Below are positions 51,860-52,191 of a stretch of 52,191 bases of DNA, piece after piece. Each line of letters starts with the position of its first letter. The first letter of the stretch is position 1. The stretch is from Octopus bimaculoides (lineage: Eukaryota), in assembly GCF_001194135.2 (NCBI RefSeq), contig NC_068982.1:51838002-51890192 (forward strand), read 5' to 3'. A model generated the notes under the pieces. That model worked only from the letters and a program-made list of their open reading frames with translations, did no database searches and was not told the origin of the DNA. Both the position numbers and the translations under genes were made by a program.

Positions 51860-52191
51860 GAATCCATTCCTGTTTTTTATAAATATTCACACACATGTGT
51901 GTGTGTGTGTGCATGCATATGTACATATATATATACATAATATACAAATATATACATATACATAAATATGTATACATATACATCAACATATATATACACA
52001 TCTATACATACACATACAAATATATATATATATATATACATCTATACATGCATATATACAGACATACACACACACATATATGTGTATCTATGCATATATA
52101 TATATACACATCATATATATATATACATCTACACATGCATATATACAGACATACACACACACATATATGTGTATCTATGCATATATATATA
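51860..52191. repeat. TA/CA-rich low-complexity tract with a higher-order repeated unit
   Basis: The block catctatacatgcatatatacagacatacacacacacatatatgtgtatctatgc occurs twice (~52038 and ~52126). Confidence 0.8.

Noticed and set aside
1-52191. CRISPR arrays, rRNA, prokaryotic operons or defence systems
   Set aside because: Eukaryotic intron-rich DNA; no regularly spaced repeat-spacer array or rRNA-like sequence seen.

Overview
AT-rich, microsatellite-dense animal genomic DNA. The SINE/RTE/MITE repertoire and composition resemble a coleoid cephalopod, probably Octopus; this is recognition from memory, not a database result. Two minus-strand gene models can be built. (1) A TRIM/RBCC-type E3-ligase-like gene of about 385 aa (RING, B-box2, coiled coil). 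Its 88-nt first coding exon (29356-29443) splices in phase across a ~21.2 kb intron to a large exon (7076-8145). (2) An unrecognised small multi-pass membrane protein gene with four phase-compatible exons (37776-33574). It has a single in-frame TAA five codons into exon 2. Between the two genes lie a CpG-rich, CCAAT/E-box/ETS-containing promoter-like region (~30.4-31.0 kb) and a decayed Helitron helicase (~31.6-33.0 kb). The rest is repeats: RTE, CR1/L2 and maT-mariner remnants, at least three tRNA-derived SINE families, and piggyBac-, mariner-, Tc1- and hAT-type MITEs, including one nested insertion. There are also several long hairpins (a 440-bp foldback, a perfect 46-bp-arm palindrome and a 170-bp hairpin). 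Most ORFs in the supplied track are artefacts of repeats or microsatellites. Repeat boundaries are approximate unless TIRs or TSDs are quoted.
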